Positions 52,723 through 64,000 of a DNA stretch of 64,000 bases are shown here, in pieces. The stretch covers positions 73,842,001 through 73,906,000 of the forward strand of contig OX597828.1 in assembly GCA_951406725.2 (NCBI GenBank), in the 5' to 3' direction. The stretch is from Octopus vulgaris. Its lineage: Eukaryota. The notes beneath the pieces are model-generated. The model saw nothing but the letters and a program-made list of their open reading frames with translations. It made no database searches and was not told the origin of the DNA. Position numbers and translations under genes: made by a program. Position 1 is the stretch's first letter. Each line of letters begins with the position of its first letter.

Positions 52723-53781
52723 GTACTTGAAGAATTCGTAATATTATAAGTAATAACAATTATTACTGATATAATAATAATACAGTCGTTGTTGTTGTCT
52801 TCGTCGTCAGTGGTGGTGGTGGTGGTGGTGGTGGTGGTGGTCGTCGTCGTCGTCGTCGTCGAAGTCGTGGTGGTGGTCGTCGTGGTGGTCGTCGGGGTGG
52901 TGGCGGCGGCGGCGGTGGTGGCTGTTATTTTCTTATTATTGCGCGATGTTCATTAGTAAAGTTTCTCATTAACTGAGTATAATTTTTGTTTACTTGAAGA
53001 TGTGAACAACAGCCACCAGATGTCGCTGTAATGCTGTGATTAGGATTGGCTACAATATTATCCGGCGTTTAGGAAAATAAGTTTTGAAATTGTCATAGGA
53101 AGAGAAACATAATCGACAGATCCGTTGATTATATTTCGGCCTTCCCTTAAAATTCTGGCTTGATCACGTGGGTATAAATTGATTTTGTTGGAGAAATTAG
53201 GAAAAAGACACAGCGAGTGATAGATATCAATAACTCACAGCCAAATCGATAGGAAAGAATACTAAAATTCCATTCCAGAGAACTGTCTTTGCATTATATT
53301 TGTTTGCTCAACCATTCGACTACGTAATTAAATTCCATGGTCATTCTTGTAATGATGTTAATTATCCACCCAAAACCATAATTGATATTTTCTGATTCTG
53401 AAATAATTTTTACGGTTTTCATATTCCCAACGTAAAGTACTTGATTGTTGCTCTGGAAAGTGGTATTTCATGAGATATTACTTGTTTAGTTTATCTCTAC
53501 AGACTTTCTATACATTGAGTGTTTCATCTGCTGGAGTTAAGGTAAGCCAGTTGCTGTGCTGATGACACTTATCGAGGAAGAAACACATATCAACATCTGT
53601 GCTCTTGTCTTCCGGTAGTCAGATTTGGATTATTCTAGATCTTCGAGATTATCTCTCCTACTTCATATGAAATTGATATGAATTAGCATCAAGCGTTTAA
53701 TCAACTCTTTCTGGAAGTGGAAATAATTGCAATAAATAAATAATTTGTACATACATATATAGACACGCACATACATATATG

Positions 53782-53838
<57 letters not shown>

Positions 53839-53842
<4 letters not shown>

Positions 53843-54408
53843 GAAATATTAAAATGACTAAGTCTCTCTAAAAGAGATTACGGCAGCGTTACTGGAAATT
53901 AATTGTTATCGCCATATTAATATGGCAGTCTTATAGATATAAGACTAAAAGCTGTCGCTGATTAGCTCCATGAGGCCATCGCCTTAAGATAGCTATTTGA
54001 CACACAAACTGTGTCCATTAGAACCTTCGAACAAGGGAGGTCAGCGCTTCACACTGCTAGTCTGACAGCTACAGGCGCGTTTTAGGGTATTTGCCCCTTG
54101 TCAATGTAGCGTAGTCGACCCAGCAGGTGTCGCCACTGATCGTCTCTGTTCGAAAGTTCTATTTACTATATATTATAGTCGTCAGCTAAACTTGACTAAA
54201 TGTGTAAACAACACCCACATTGCTAGAATTAGGAGCTAAAGCGCTCCAATGTTGTTGACGACAATGATTTTCCTTTACGGTAAAGCATCGGAGCAGTTTA
54301 ACTCCTCTTTCTAGCAATGTAGGTGTTATTCACACCCTTATTCAAGTTTAGTTGGTGACTATAATCTTCTTTTACGGTATAATGTTGCAAACAGTAATAT
54401 TCTTATTT

Positions 54409-54411
<3 letters not shown>
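53839..54411 (-). mobile_element. (TA)n-inserted element with a decayed hammerhead and an internal ~80-bp inverted repeat
   Basis: Minus 54110-54068 GCTACA-TTGACAA-GGGG(CAAATA)CCCT-AAAA-CGCG-CC-TGTAGC. 54172-54251 is inverted at 54286-54365. Confidence 0.68.
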
Positions 54412-54475
<64 letters not shown>

Positions 54476-54477
<2 letters not shown>

Positions 54478-54665
54478 AATTTATAAAAAACAAACAAACA
54501 AAAGATGAAGACGTGTGAGTAAACAACAAACAGTTGCATTAGTTTAACGTTCGAGAAGGTGAGAAAGTATTTTACATTTCGAGCCTTAGCTCTTCAACAG
54601 AAAGGAACACAGAAATAAACAGGGAGAGGAAATAAAACAAAAAAAGGTTTAGTGGCTAGCGATCA
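54476..54665 (-). mobile_element. (TA)n-inserted element related to 31546-31785, with a hammerhead variant
   Basis: Minus 54603-54570 TTT-CTGTTGA-A-GAGC(TAAG)GCTC-GAAA-TG-TA-AAA. Confidence 0.68.
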
Positions 54666-54753
54666 ATTATATGTATGTATGTATATATATATAGTTCGTA
54701 TTTGTATTTGCTATGCATAATGCCCGTCCCAAGGTTCCATAGTATATATGTAT

Positions 54754-54801
<48 letters not shown>

Positions 54802-54840
54802 ATGTGTGTGTGCGTGTGTATGTGTGTGTATGTATGTATG

Positions 54841-54871
<31 letters not shown>

Positions 54872-57039
54872 TCTTTTAGCAGTTGATATTGCTACAAGAT
54901 TTACTGAAAGGATTAGCTTTTCGTGCCGGTACACTGGTTAAGGTTAACAAGTACTTCTTCACGAAACTCTAGACCTTTGATAATTTCCTACCAATAAACG
55001 ATTATATATACTCTACATTTTGTATTCAATTATCATTTTCTCATTGCCAATACTAAACGTAACCAATTCGTGTGTTTGTGTTGTTTTTTTTTTCCCCTTT
55101 TTATATGTTAGGATTTCTACCTGAAGGAAGGAGCTGGTTTCTACGTTTTTCTTTCGGATTTATTTAAGTTTACTTGTTTTTTCCTTTGCAGAAGTCAAAC
55201 CAGTCACTAAGAAAGTGACAAGACTCTTTTGTTTAAGTCAAAGCAGCTGTCGCTATTTGTGATATTTCTATTGGTTGCTGTGCACAAATACGTGTGTGTG
55301 TGTCTGTGAGGCGCCTATGTTAGTCTACTCGTGGCTAAACTTAATCTTGTGTCAGAAGGTACGCATGTCTCTTTAATACACAAATGTGTGCGCTTCATTA
55401 TTGTTAGTATGTGTGCGTTTGTATGTGTGTTCCATATTTCCATATGGTTGTGTGTCTTTATGTATGCATAAAAGCTGACGGGTTTGCGTATATGCTTAAT
55501 GTGTGTCGTATAAGAACTTGAACGCTATAGATTGATTGTACGCAGCCATATTGAAGATCTGCCGATATATTGACAGAGAATGGATTGTCTTCTGATCCGT
55601 CGCTCATTAATCATGTCCGTCTAATGAAATGTCTGTGACCTAGAGGAATATGGGTTCAGCCATTTGAACTTTTCTGTGACACATGAAATAATATCATATT
55701 CTTCCGTTATGATCCGTTAGCAATGTCTATAGAAATATGGGACACTCTGCATAATTTCTGTGTATTTCTTTACTTTTAATTTCAAGGTTACTTTACTATT
55801 TTCTGGTTAGAACTAATGAGATATGTCCAATATCGGTAACACTCAAGCATTTGCAACGAACACGGAGACACTCCAAACGTTCTTGGTCTCTTTCTCACCT
55901 CTAAACTTCAAACTCTACCAGATCACTGGAATTGTCAGACTGCCGCCTTATTGCGACGACTCAGTACACATTGACAGCCAACACAGAAGCCCTCCAACGA
56001 ATCTTCAAGTCAGTCTGGTTGACCGAGACCTACCATTTCTATGCAAACTATCTCTGGTAGCCCATGTGCTTCATCGGAGCATTTATGCAAAGCAATGGAA
56101 CCATCTTCCTAAATATGTTTCTCTATCACACCTACACAACAAAATCTCATGGTCCCTTAACTGATTCTTTCATTCCCTTTCCACAAGGATACCCAATAAT
56201 TTGCAGAATCATTCTTATTTATAGTTCTCAACCATAATGGCTCTTTGACCAATAACCACGGGAGTATTTATAAGTACGAGCAGTGTCAGCGAGTGTTCTA
56301 AAGAATACTCAAGCAGGCAATTGGCATTTTGAAAAATACTCGACAAGACTCAACCTTTACTGCCATCAGTGCAACCACTTCCACACGATAGGCTAGTTAA
56401 GTCTCCTCCACAATGCCTGCCTTCTATTCCGACCAGAGTGACCAGCGTGCGAACTAACATACCAAGATTCGGAAGAACCTCGGGTCACTTCAGTTTAGCA
56501 AAGCCATCGGTCATAGCGATTTCCTTACAAACACCTTCAAACAAAGCTTTCTTTCATAAAATTCTGCAATCAAGACACGTGACAATCTCTGATCAAACAT
56601 CCACAGACATTGTTTCTTCTCCTCTGTTGTATTCACCTCTGCCACAACGTTCTGTGCTCCTCCGATCTTATTGAGTTCCTTCCACATCTACTCGACCACT
56701 CTCAATTCGCGCTTCCCTTTCCCTAACCCTTTCATCACTCAAATCATGTTCAACTATCCCCCCACCCTACAGCCGACCCAAACCACCCCAGGCGCTGCAC
56801 TACTCACCACACTCAATCCTTTCACGATAGAAAATAACCCCTCTGTAATTACCTCGCGCACATCATATCTCTCTTCCAGGCATCAACCGGTAACAAAGTG
56901 GAATCGGTTTGGCTTCAATAAGCACCCGTCTTAAAGGGACGGTGAAAGGAATGGCGAATGTACTTTTCTCCAGTTTTTGCTACAACAACAACTACTACTA
57001 CTACTACTACCAACATCGTATATATATATATATATGTGT

Positions 57040-57076
<37 letters not shown>

Positions 57077-57895
57077 TGTGCGTATATAATCATATGTATA
57101 TATATATTTACATACGCATCGGTCAAAAGTGATAAACAACCCTCACTTAAACGTCCGTTAATGTCATATCGCCTCAAGAAATGAATGCGTGAACATTATC
57201 TACACGATGTCCATGGATACTTAGGGTTGTATTGTAATCATCCCAGGAATATGGACGATATGGGATCTTCATGGACGCGTGATTTGTGGAAACGTGCATA
57301 GCTATGCATTGTTGTTATTATTATATATTATATTGTTATATTGGCACAGCTCGATGCAACCCCGAAATCTGTTATTGCCAGTTGACATCATTAGGCTGTA
57401 GTGGGGGGGGGGCTTATACGCATATTCAAATCGTTTCCCGTAAGCAAACCTAAAGGATAAACACACACACACACACACACATATATATATCATGTGATCA
57501 CGTGACCGACCAGACAATCAGATGTTGTTACACATCGCTGGTCACAATGCGTTCGCATTGTTTTAGCCTTCGAATGACGCCATCCCGCTGGCTAAGCGAG
57601 CAGGCCAATATATATATATATATATATATGTGTGTATATATATATATATATACACACACATACATTATACATATATACATATATTATACATATATACATA
57701 GGTGTTTCGCTCATAAACACACACGTCGCCCCTTCTGAGATTCGAACTCACGACCCATCGACCGTGAGTCCGTGAGTCCGCTCTAACCACTAGGCCATAT
57801 GTCTCCTATATTTGCTCATTTGTTCCGTAGCTCATAACTTGCAATATTACACAATACAGGAGTTACTCTAGAACTCTACAAAAAGTTGATTGGAT

Positions 57896-58240
57896 CTTTT
57901 TTCTACTCTAGGCACAAGGTCCTAGATCGACCCCAGTGCGCAACTGGTACTTAATTAATCGACCCCGAAAAGATGAAATTCAAAGTCGACTTCGTCGGAA
58001 TTTGAACCCAGAACGTAAAGACAGATGAAATACCTATTTCTTTATTACCCACAAGGGGCTAAACATAGAGGGGAGAAACAAGGACAGACATAGGTATTAA
58101 GTCGATTACATCGACCCTAGTGCGTAACTGGTACTTTATTTATCGACCGCGAAAGGATGAAAGGCAAAGTCGAATTTGAACTCAAAACGTAAAGACAGAC
58201 GAAATACCGGTAAGCAGTTCGCCCGGCGTGCTAACGCTTC
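57896..58240 (-). mobile_element. Dimeric SINE family B
   Basis: Reverse complement of the layout at 44517-44925. Confidence 0.82.
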
Positions 58241-58355
58241 TGGATTATGAAGAATCTGACTGGATTATGAAGAATCTAGGTAGAGCTTTAAACATAGCAA
58301 AAGAAGTCGTACACCTTGTACAAAGAATTTTACTGTACATATGTATATAAATATA

Positions 58356-58398
<43 letters not shown>

Positions 58399-58584
58399 TG
58401 TATGTGTGTGTGTCAGTGTGTCTATGTGTCTGTGCCTGTGTCTGTACTTCAGTGCTTTCTCAAACTCTCAAAGACCCCACCTGCTCTCTGTCTGGAGCTA
58501 GCATTAAAATGCTACACTGACATTATCAAACGAAAAAATTCCAACTCGTAAACTTTCATATCATCATCATCATCATCATCATCA

Positions 58585-59375
<791 letters not shown>

Positions 59376-59629
59376 GTGTAAGTAAAAATGTAACCCAGAC
59401 ACTCAGATGATTTTAGTTTTAATATTCAAGACACCATTAAAGCAAAAAGCGACGACAATGTTACATTGCATTCTATTGGAAACAACAGTTTGTTATTGTA
59501 TTCACAGACATTAAAATAGAAATCATATCAGTAGAGCTTGGTTCCTCTGGAAAATTGGAAAGGGGAGGGTGGATGGAGTGAGTCTTCATTTTCCAAATAT
59601 ACGTGTATATGTGTGTGTGTGTATGTGTT

Positions 59630-59676
<47 letters not shown>

Positions 59677-59744
59677 ATATCTGTGTGTAGTCATATATGT
59701 ATATATATATGTGTGTTTGTATGTGTGTATATATATATTCTTCA

Positions 59745-59945
59745 ATTCTTTTATTTGTTTCAGTCATTTGACTGCGGCCATGCTGGAGCACCGCCTTTTG
59801 TCGAGCAATTCGACCCCAGGACCTATTCTTTGTAAGCCTAGTACTTATTCTATCAGATCTCTCTTGCCGAACCGCTAAGTAAGAGGGACGTAAACACACC
59901 AACATCTGTTGTCAAGCGATGCTGGGGGACAAACACAGACACACA
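59745..59945 (-). mobile_element. SINE family A 3' half
   Basis: Matches ~16230-16420. Confidence 0.82.
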
Positions 59946-60629
59946 AACATATATATATATATATATGTGTGTGTGTGTAAAGAAATACAAACTGGGACAA
60001 GAACACAAAACATTTAGAAGACGATACAAAAAGCACGGACGGGACATTCGAAGCTTTCAATCTTCAGTCAAGAACCGGATCATCCTCGCAATTTCGGCTG
60101 GTTAATCTTGAGATTGCTCCGATCTGGCCAGCCCCAAAGGAAAATCTAAGCCAAGCGCATTAGATGCCTTGGAAGACAGCCTCGAATGTATACAAAACAA
60201 GGACGGAAAAACGGACGATGTTACACGAATAAGAATACAAAAAATACGTAAAAACAATAATGATAATAATAATAATAACAAAAACAGGACGTCACAGACA
60301 GGCGTCTTTCGACAGGACGAGTGTTAGAAAAATGCCTTAGGGCAGAGAGAATAAATGTGTCTTGCCGCGACGACTGCTAAGCACGAAATCGGTCAGTCAG
60401 TCACGTGTGAGGAGAAGAGAGAGGAAAAGAGGGAAAGATGAATTAAGGAGGGGGAGAAGAAAGAAAAAAGGGGAACAAGGAACAAAGGCGGAGGAGAAGA
60501 GAGAGAGAGAGAGAGAGCGAGAAAGAGATAGATCAAAGTGGAGTGCAAAGTGTGAAAGGCAGAGAAATGTAAGTGAGGGGGGAGAGAGACAGTGTTATAG
60601 AGTCTCAAAAATGAGGGTGAAAAATTGTA

Positions 60630-60990
60630 TATTAATTTAATAACATCAATTTAACAACAGTGGTTTAGCGCATAAAAACCTGAGATTCAGTAAATATTAT
60701 TAATACACATATGAGAGAGAATCCACTAAAGTGGACGCCCTTACGCTAAAGAGAGATCCGCATGAGTCTCAACCACTAAAAATTGTTCTCAAGAAAAACT
60801 TAGCACACTATGAACGTAAGCGAGCAGGACAAATGAAAAATAACCAAAATATAGATTAACCCCATACAATTGTTTCACTGTTAATAAATTATGCAATTTT
60901 ACTTACACAATTAACTTGCAGATCATCAGTGGAGTCCGTCAAAGATATAATTTGTCGAACTGCACGCCATATATTAACACGAGGTCAAAA
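60630..60990 (-). mobile_element. Element with a hammerhead bearing a long stem II
   Basis: Minus 60933-60861 TCCA-CTGATGA-(~46-nt stem II)-GAAA-CAATTG-TA-TGGG. Abuts (TA)n. Confidence 0.75.
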
Positions 60991-61010
60991 TATATATATA
61001 TATATATATA

Positions 61011-63422
61011 TAATATAGTGATAAGAGTAAATAATTTCTATAAAGGCTTTTAAAAAACCCCAATTATTTACTGGTAGAATTCGGTATGTAAATATAGCCG
61101 ATTACTGGCAGGAACTTCTGTAAAGTTCAGTATATATATTGTATATAAGAAAAAAGGGACAGGCAAAACAGGTTGCTTGACCGCATACCGAAAAAATAGA
61201 AATAGCAGTCAAGAATGCTTATTTCTATCAAAGTTGGACTCCGGGCATGACAGACCCTGTAATTCACATATCCCTTTTTCTTATATACAATATATATACT
61301 GAACTTTACAGAAGTTCCTGCCAGTAATCGGCTATATTTACATACCGAATTCTACCAGTAAATAATTGGGGTTTTTAAAAGCCTTTATAGAAATTATTTA
61401 CTCTTATCACTATATTACTATTTGGATTTTTCACTCCCTTTGACAACCTAACTGTAGTGCGCATGGCAAAATTTTGGAGGGAAGATTTATGAATTCAAAC
61501 GTCTATGTAGGTTTAGCCTTTGCTCACTCTCTTCAAATATTTTGATGTCGCATGGTCAGAAGGTTTGAGGTACGTAGCATTTGATAAATCTATGATAAAT
61601 CTTTTTCAATGGAAAGCTGTGCTGAAGAAGGATGTGAAATACATTTGCAATATATATGAAATATATATCAAAAATATATGGAATATATATTCAATATGTT
61701 TATAATCCAGAAACATGATGTTCACAGATAACCGCCAGACTTCGTATTCGTTATCTATTCCTTCTGTTTTGCATATGTGAATTACAGGGTCTGTCATGCC
61801 CGGAGTCCAACTTTGATAGAAATAAGCATTCTTGACTGCTATTTCTATTTTTTCGGTATGCGGTCAAGCAGAACTTTACAGAAGTTCCCAGTAACTTTGA
61901 TACAACCTAACTGAAAAATAATGAATTCAAACGTTAGGTTTAGCCTTTGACTGCTATTTCAATGGAAAGCTAAGAAGGATGTGAAATATATTTGCAATAT
62001 ATATGAAATATATATCAAAAATATATGGAATATATATTCAATATGTTTATAATCCAGAAACATGATGTTCACAGATAACCGCCAGACTTCGTATTCGTTA
62101 TCTATTCCTTCTGTTTTGCATATGTGAATTACAGGGTCTGTCATGCCCGGAGTCCAACTTTGATAGAAATAAGCATTCTTGACTGCTATTTCTATTTTTT
62201 CGGTATGCGGTCAAGCAACCTGTTTTGCCTGTCCCTTTTTCTTATATACAATACATATACTGAACTTTACAGAAGTTCCTGCCAGTAATCGGCTATATTT
62301 ACATACCGAATTCTACCAGTAAATAATTGGGGTTTTTTAAAAGCCTTTATAGAAATTATTTACTCTTATCACTATATTACTATTTGGATTTTTCACTCCC
62401 TTTGACAACCTAACTGTAGTGCGCATGGCAAAATTTTGGACGGAAGATTTATGAATTCAAACGTCTATGTAGGTTTAGCCTTTGCTCACTCTCTTCAAAT
62501 ATTTTGATGTCGCATGGTCAGAAGGTTTGAGGTACGTAGCATTTGATAAATCTATGATAAATCTTTTTCAATGGAAAGCTGTGCTGAAGAAGGATGTGAA
62601 ATATATTTGCAATATATATGAAATATATATCAAAAATATATGGAATATGTATTCAATATGTTTATAATCCAGAAACATGATGTTCACAGATAACCGCCAG
62701 ACTTCGTATTCGTTATCTATTCCTTCTGTTTTGCATATGTGAATTACAGGGTCTGTCATGCCCGGAGTCCAACTTTGATAGAAATAAGCATTCTTGACTG
62801 CTATTTCTATTTTTTCGGTATGCGGTCAAGCAACCTGTTTTGCCTGTCCCTTTTTCTCATATACAATATATATACTGAACTTTACAGAAGTTCCTGCCAG
62901 TAATCGGCTATATTTACATACCGAATTCTACCAGTAAATAATTGGGTTTTTTTAAAAGCCTTTATAGAAATTATTTACTCTTATCACTATATTACTATTT
63001 GGATTTTTCACTCCCTTTGACAACCTAACTGTAGTGCGCATGGCAAAATTTTGGAGGGAAGATTTATGAATTCAAACGTCTATGTAGGTTTAGCCTTTGC
63101 TCACTCTCTTCAAATATTTTGATGTCGCATGGTCAGAAGGTTTGAGGTACGTAGCATTTGATAAATCTATGATAAATCTTTTTCAATGGAAAGCTGTGCT
63201 GAAGAAGGATGTGAAATACATTTGCAATATATATGAAATATATATCAAAAATATATGGAATATATATTCAATATGTTTATAATCCAGAAACATGATGTTC
63301 ACAGATAACCGCCAGACTTCGTATTCGTTATCTATTCCTTCTGTTTTGCATATGTGAATTACAGGGTCTGTCATGCCCGGAGTCCAACTTTGATAGAAAT
63401 AAGCATTCTTGACTGCTTTTTC

Positions 63423-63425
<3 letters not shown>
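61011..63425 (+). mobile_element. Head-to-tail multimer of a 615-bp non-coding unit with an inverted 5' arm, in (TA)n (retrozyme or pLTR-like)
   Basis: Units start at 61272, ~61871 (internally deleted), 62233 and 62848. 61011-61271 is the reverse complement of the unit junction. Minimal CTGAAGA...GAAA-TA(C/T)A-TT motif in each full unit. Confidence 0.8.
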
Positions 63426-63483
<58 letters not shown>

Positions 63484-63571
63484 TTATACAAAAAATGTTT
63501 CTTCTAACTACTTGGTAAAATTATTAATTAGTAATTGACTAATTAATTTTTTAGCCTTTTATTATTATTAT

Positions 63572-63616
<45 letters not shown>

Positions 63617-63619
63617 GTT

Positions 63620-63677
<58 letters not shown>

Positions 63678-64000
63678 AAAAAAAAAATATATATATATAT
63701 GTACGTTTGTATATATATATATACGTATGTATGTATACACGCATGCACATATACGTGTATTATACCGCCACAGGCATACGTACCATGTCAATGGTTGTTA
63801 TACGTTTGCTATACAACACGGTTGGCGTGTATGTAGCGACACTTATAAATTCTCGGCGACATTTTATTGCAGATATTTAATGTTTCTTTAATAGTCTTTC
63901 ATGTTGAGTACGAAACCATATTTATGTTTATTACGCAGCCATGTTTAATTGAATTTACTATGGAGCAATGCTTAACTGTGTTTGATACGGAGCAATAACT

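Noticed and set aside
55823-56934. ORFs with a WNHLP motif and C-rich sequence suggesting an old LINE
   Set aside because: Only a single short motif, which needs a profile search to support it.
61520-63491. Repeated 61-63 aa ORFs and a possible CRISPR-like array
   Set aside because: The ORFs simply recur with the 615-bp unit. There are no unique spacers or cas genes, and the DNA is eukaryotic.

Overview
Eukaryotic, AT-rich, microsatellite-saturated DNA with no recognisable intact host gene. The repeat repertoire (tRNA-derived SINEs, RTE and R4 LINE ends, huge TA/CA/ATT/GATA tracts) looks like an octopus or other cephalopod intron or intergenic region; this is inferred from recalled repeat sequences. 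Nearly all listed ORFs are microsatellite artefacts. The real coding remnants are two Penelope-like elements (PLEs; RT thumb plus C-terminal GIY-YIG), Tx1/L1-type, RTE and R4-type LINE fragments, and a Tc1 transposase fragment. The dominant unexplained signal is a dense set of about a dozen unrelated short elements, mostly sitting in (TA)n tracts. Each carries a type I hammerhead ribozyme or core variant, usually with a palindromic stem III and often a 5' inverted arm. They include a tRNA-headed SINE with a hammerhead and a 615-bp tandem multimer. The large PLE has a ~4.9-kb 3' region whose internal repeat copies differ almost only by A>G and C>T on one strand (17 G.U versus 0 A.C in a 76-nt inverted pair), suggesting recorded RNA editing or a wobble-tolerant RNA duplex. 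All alignments and counts were done by eye.
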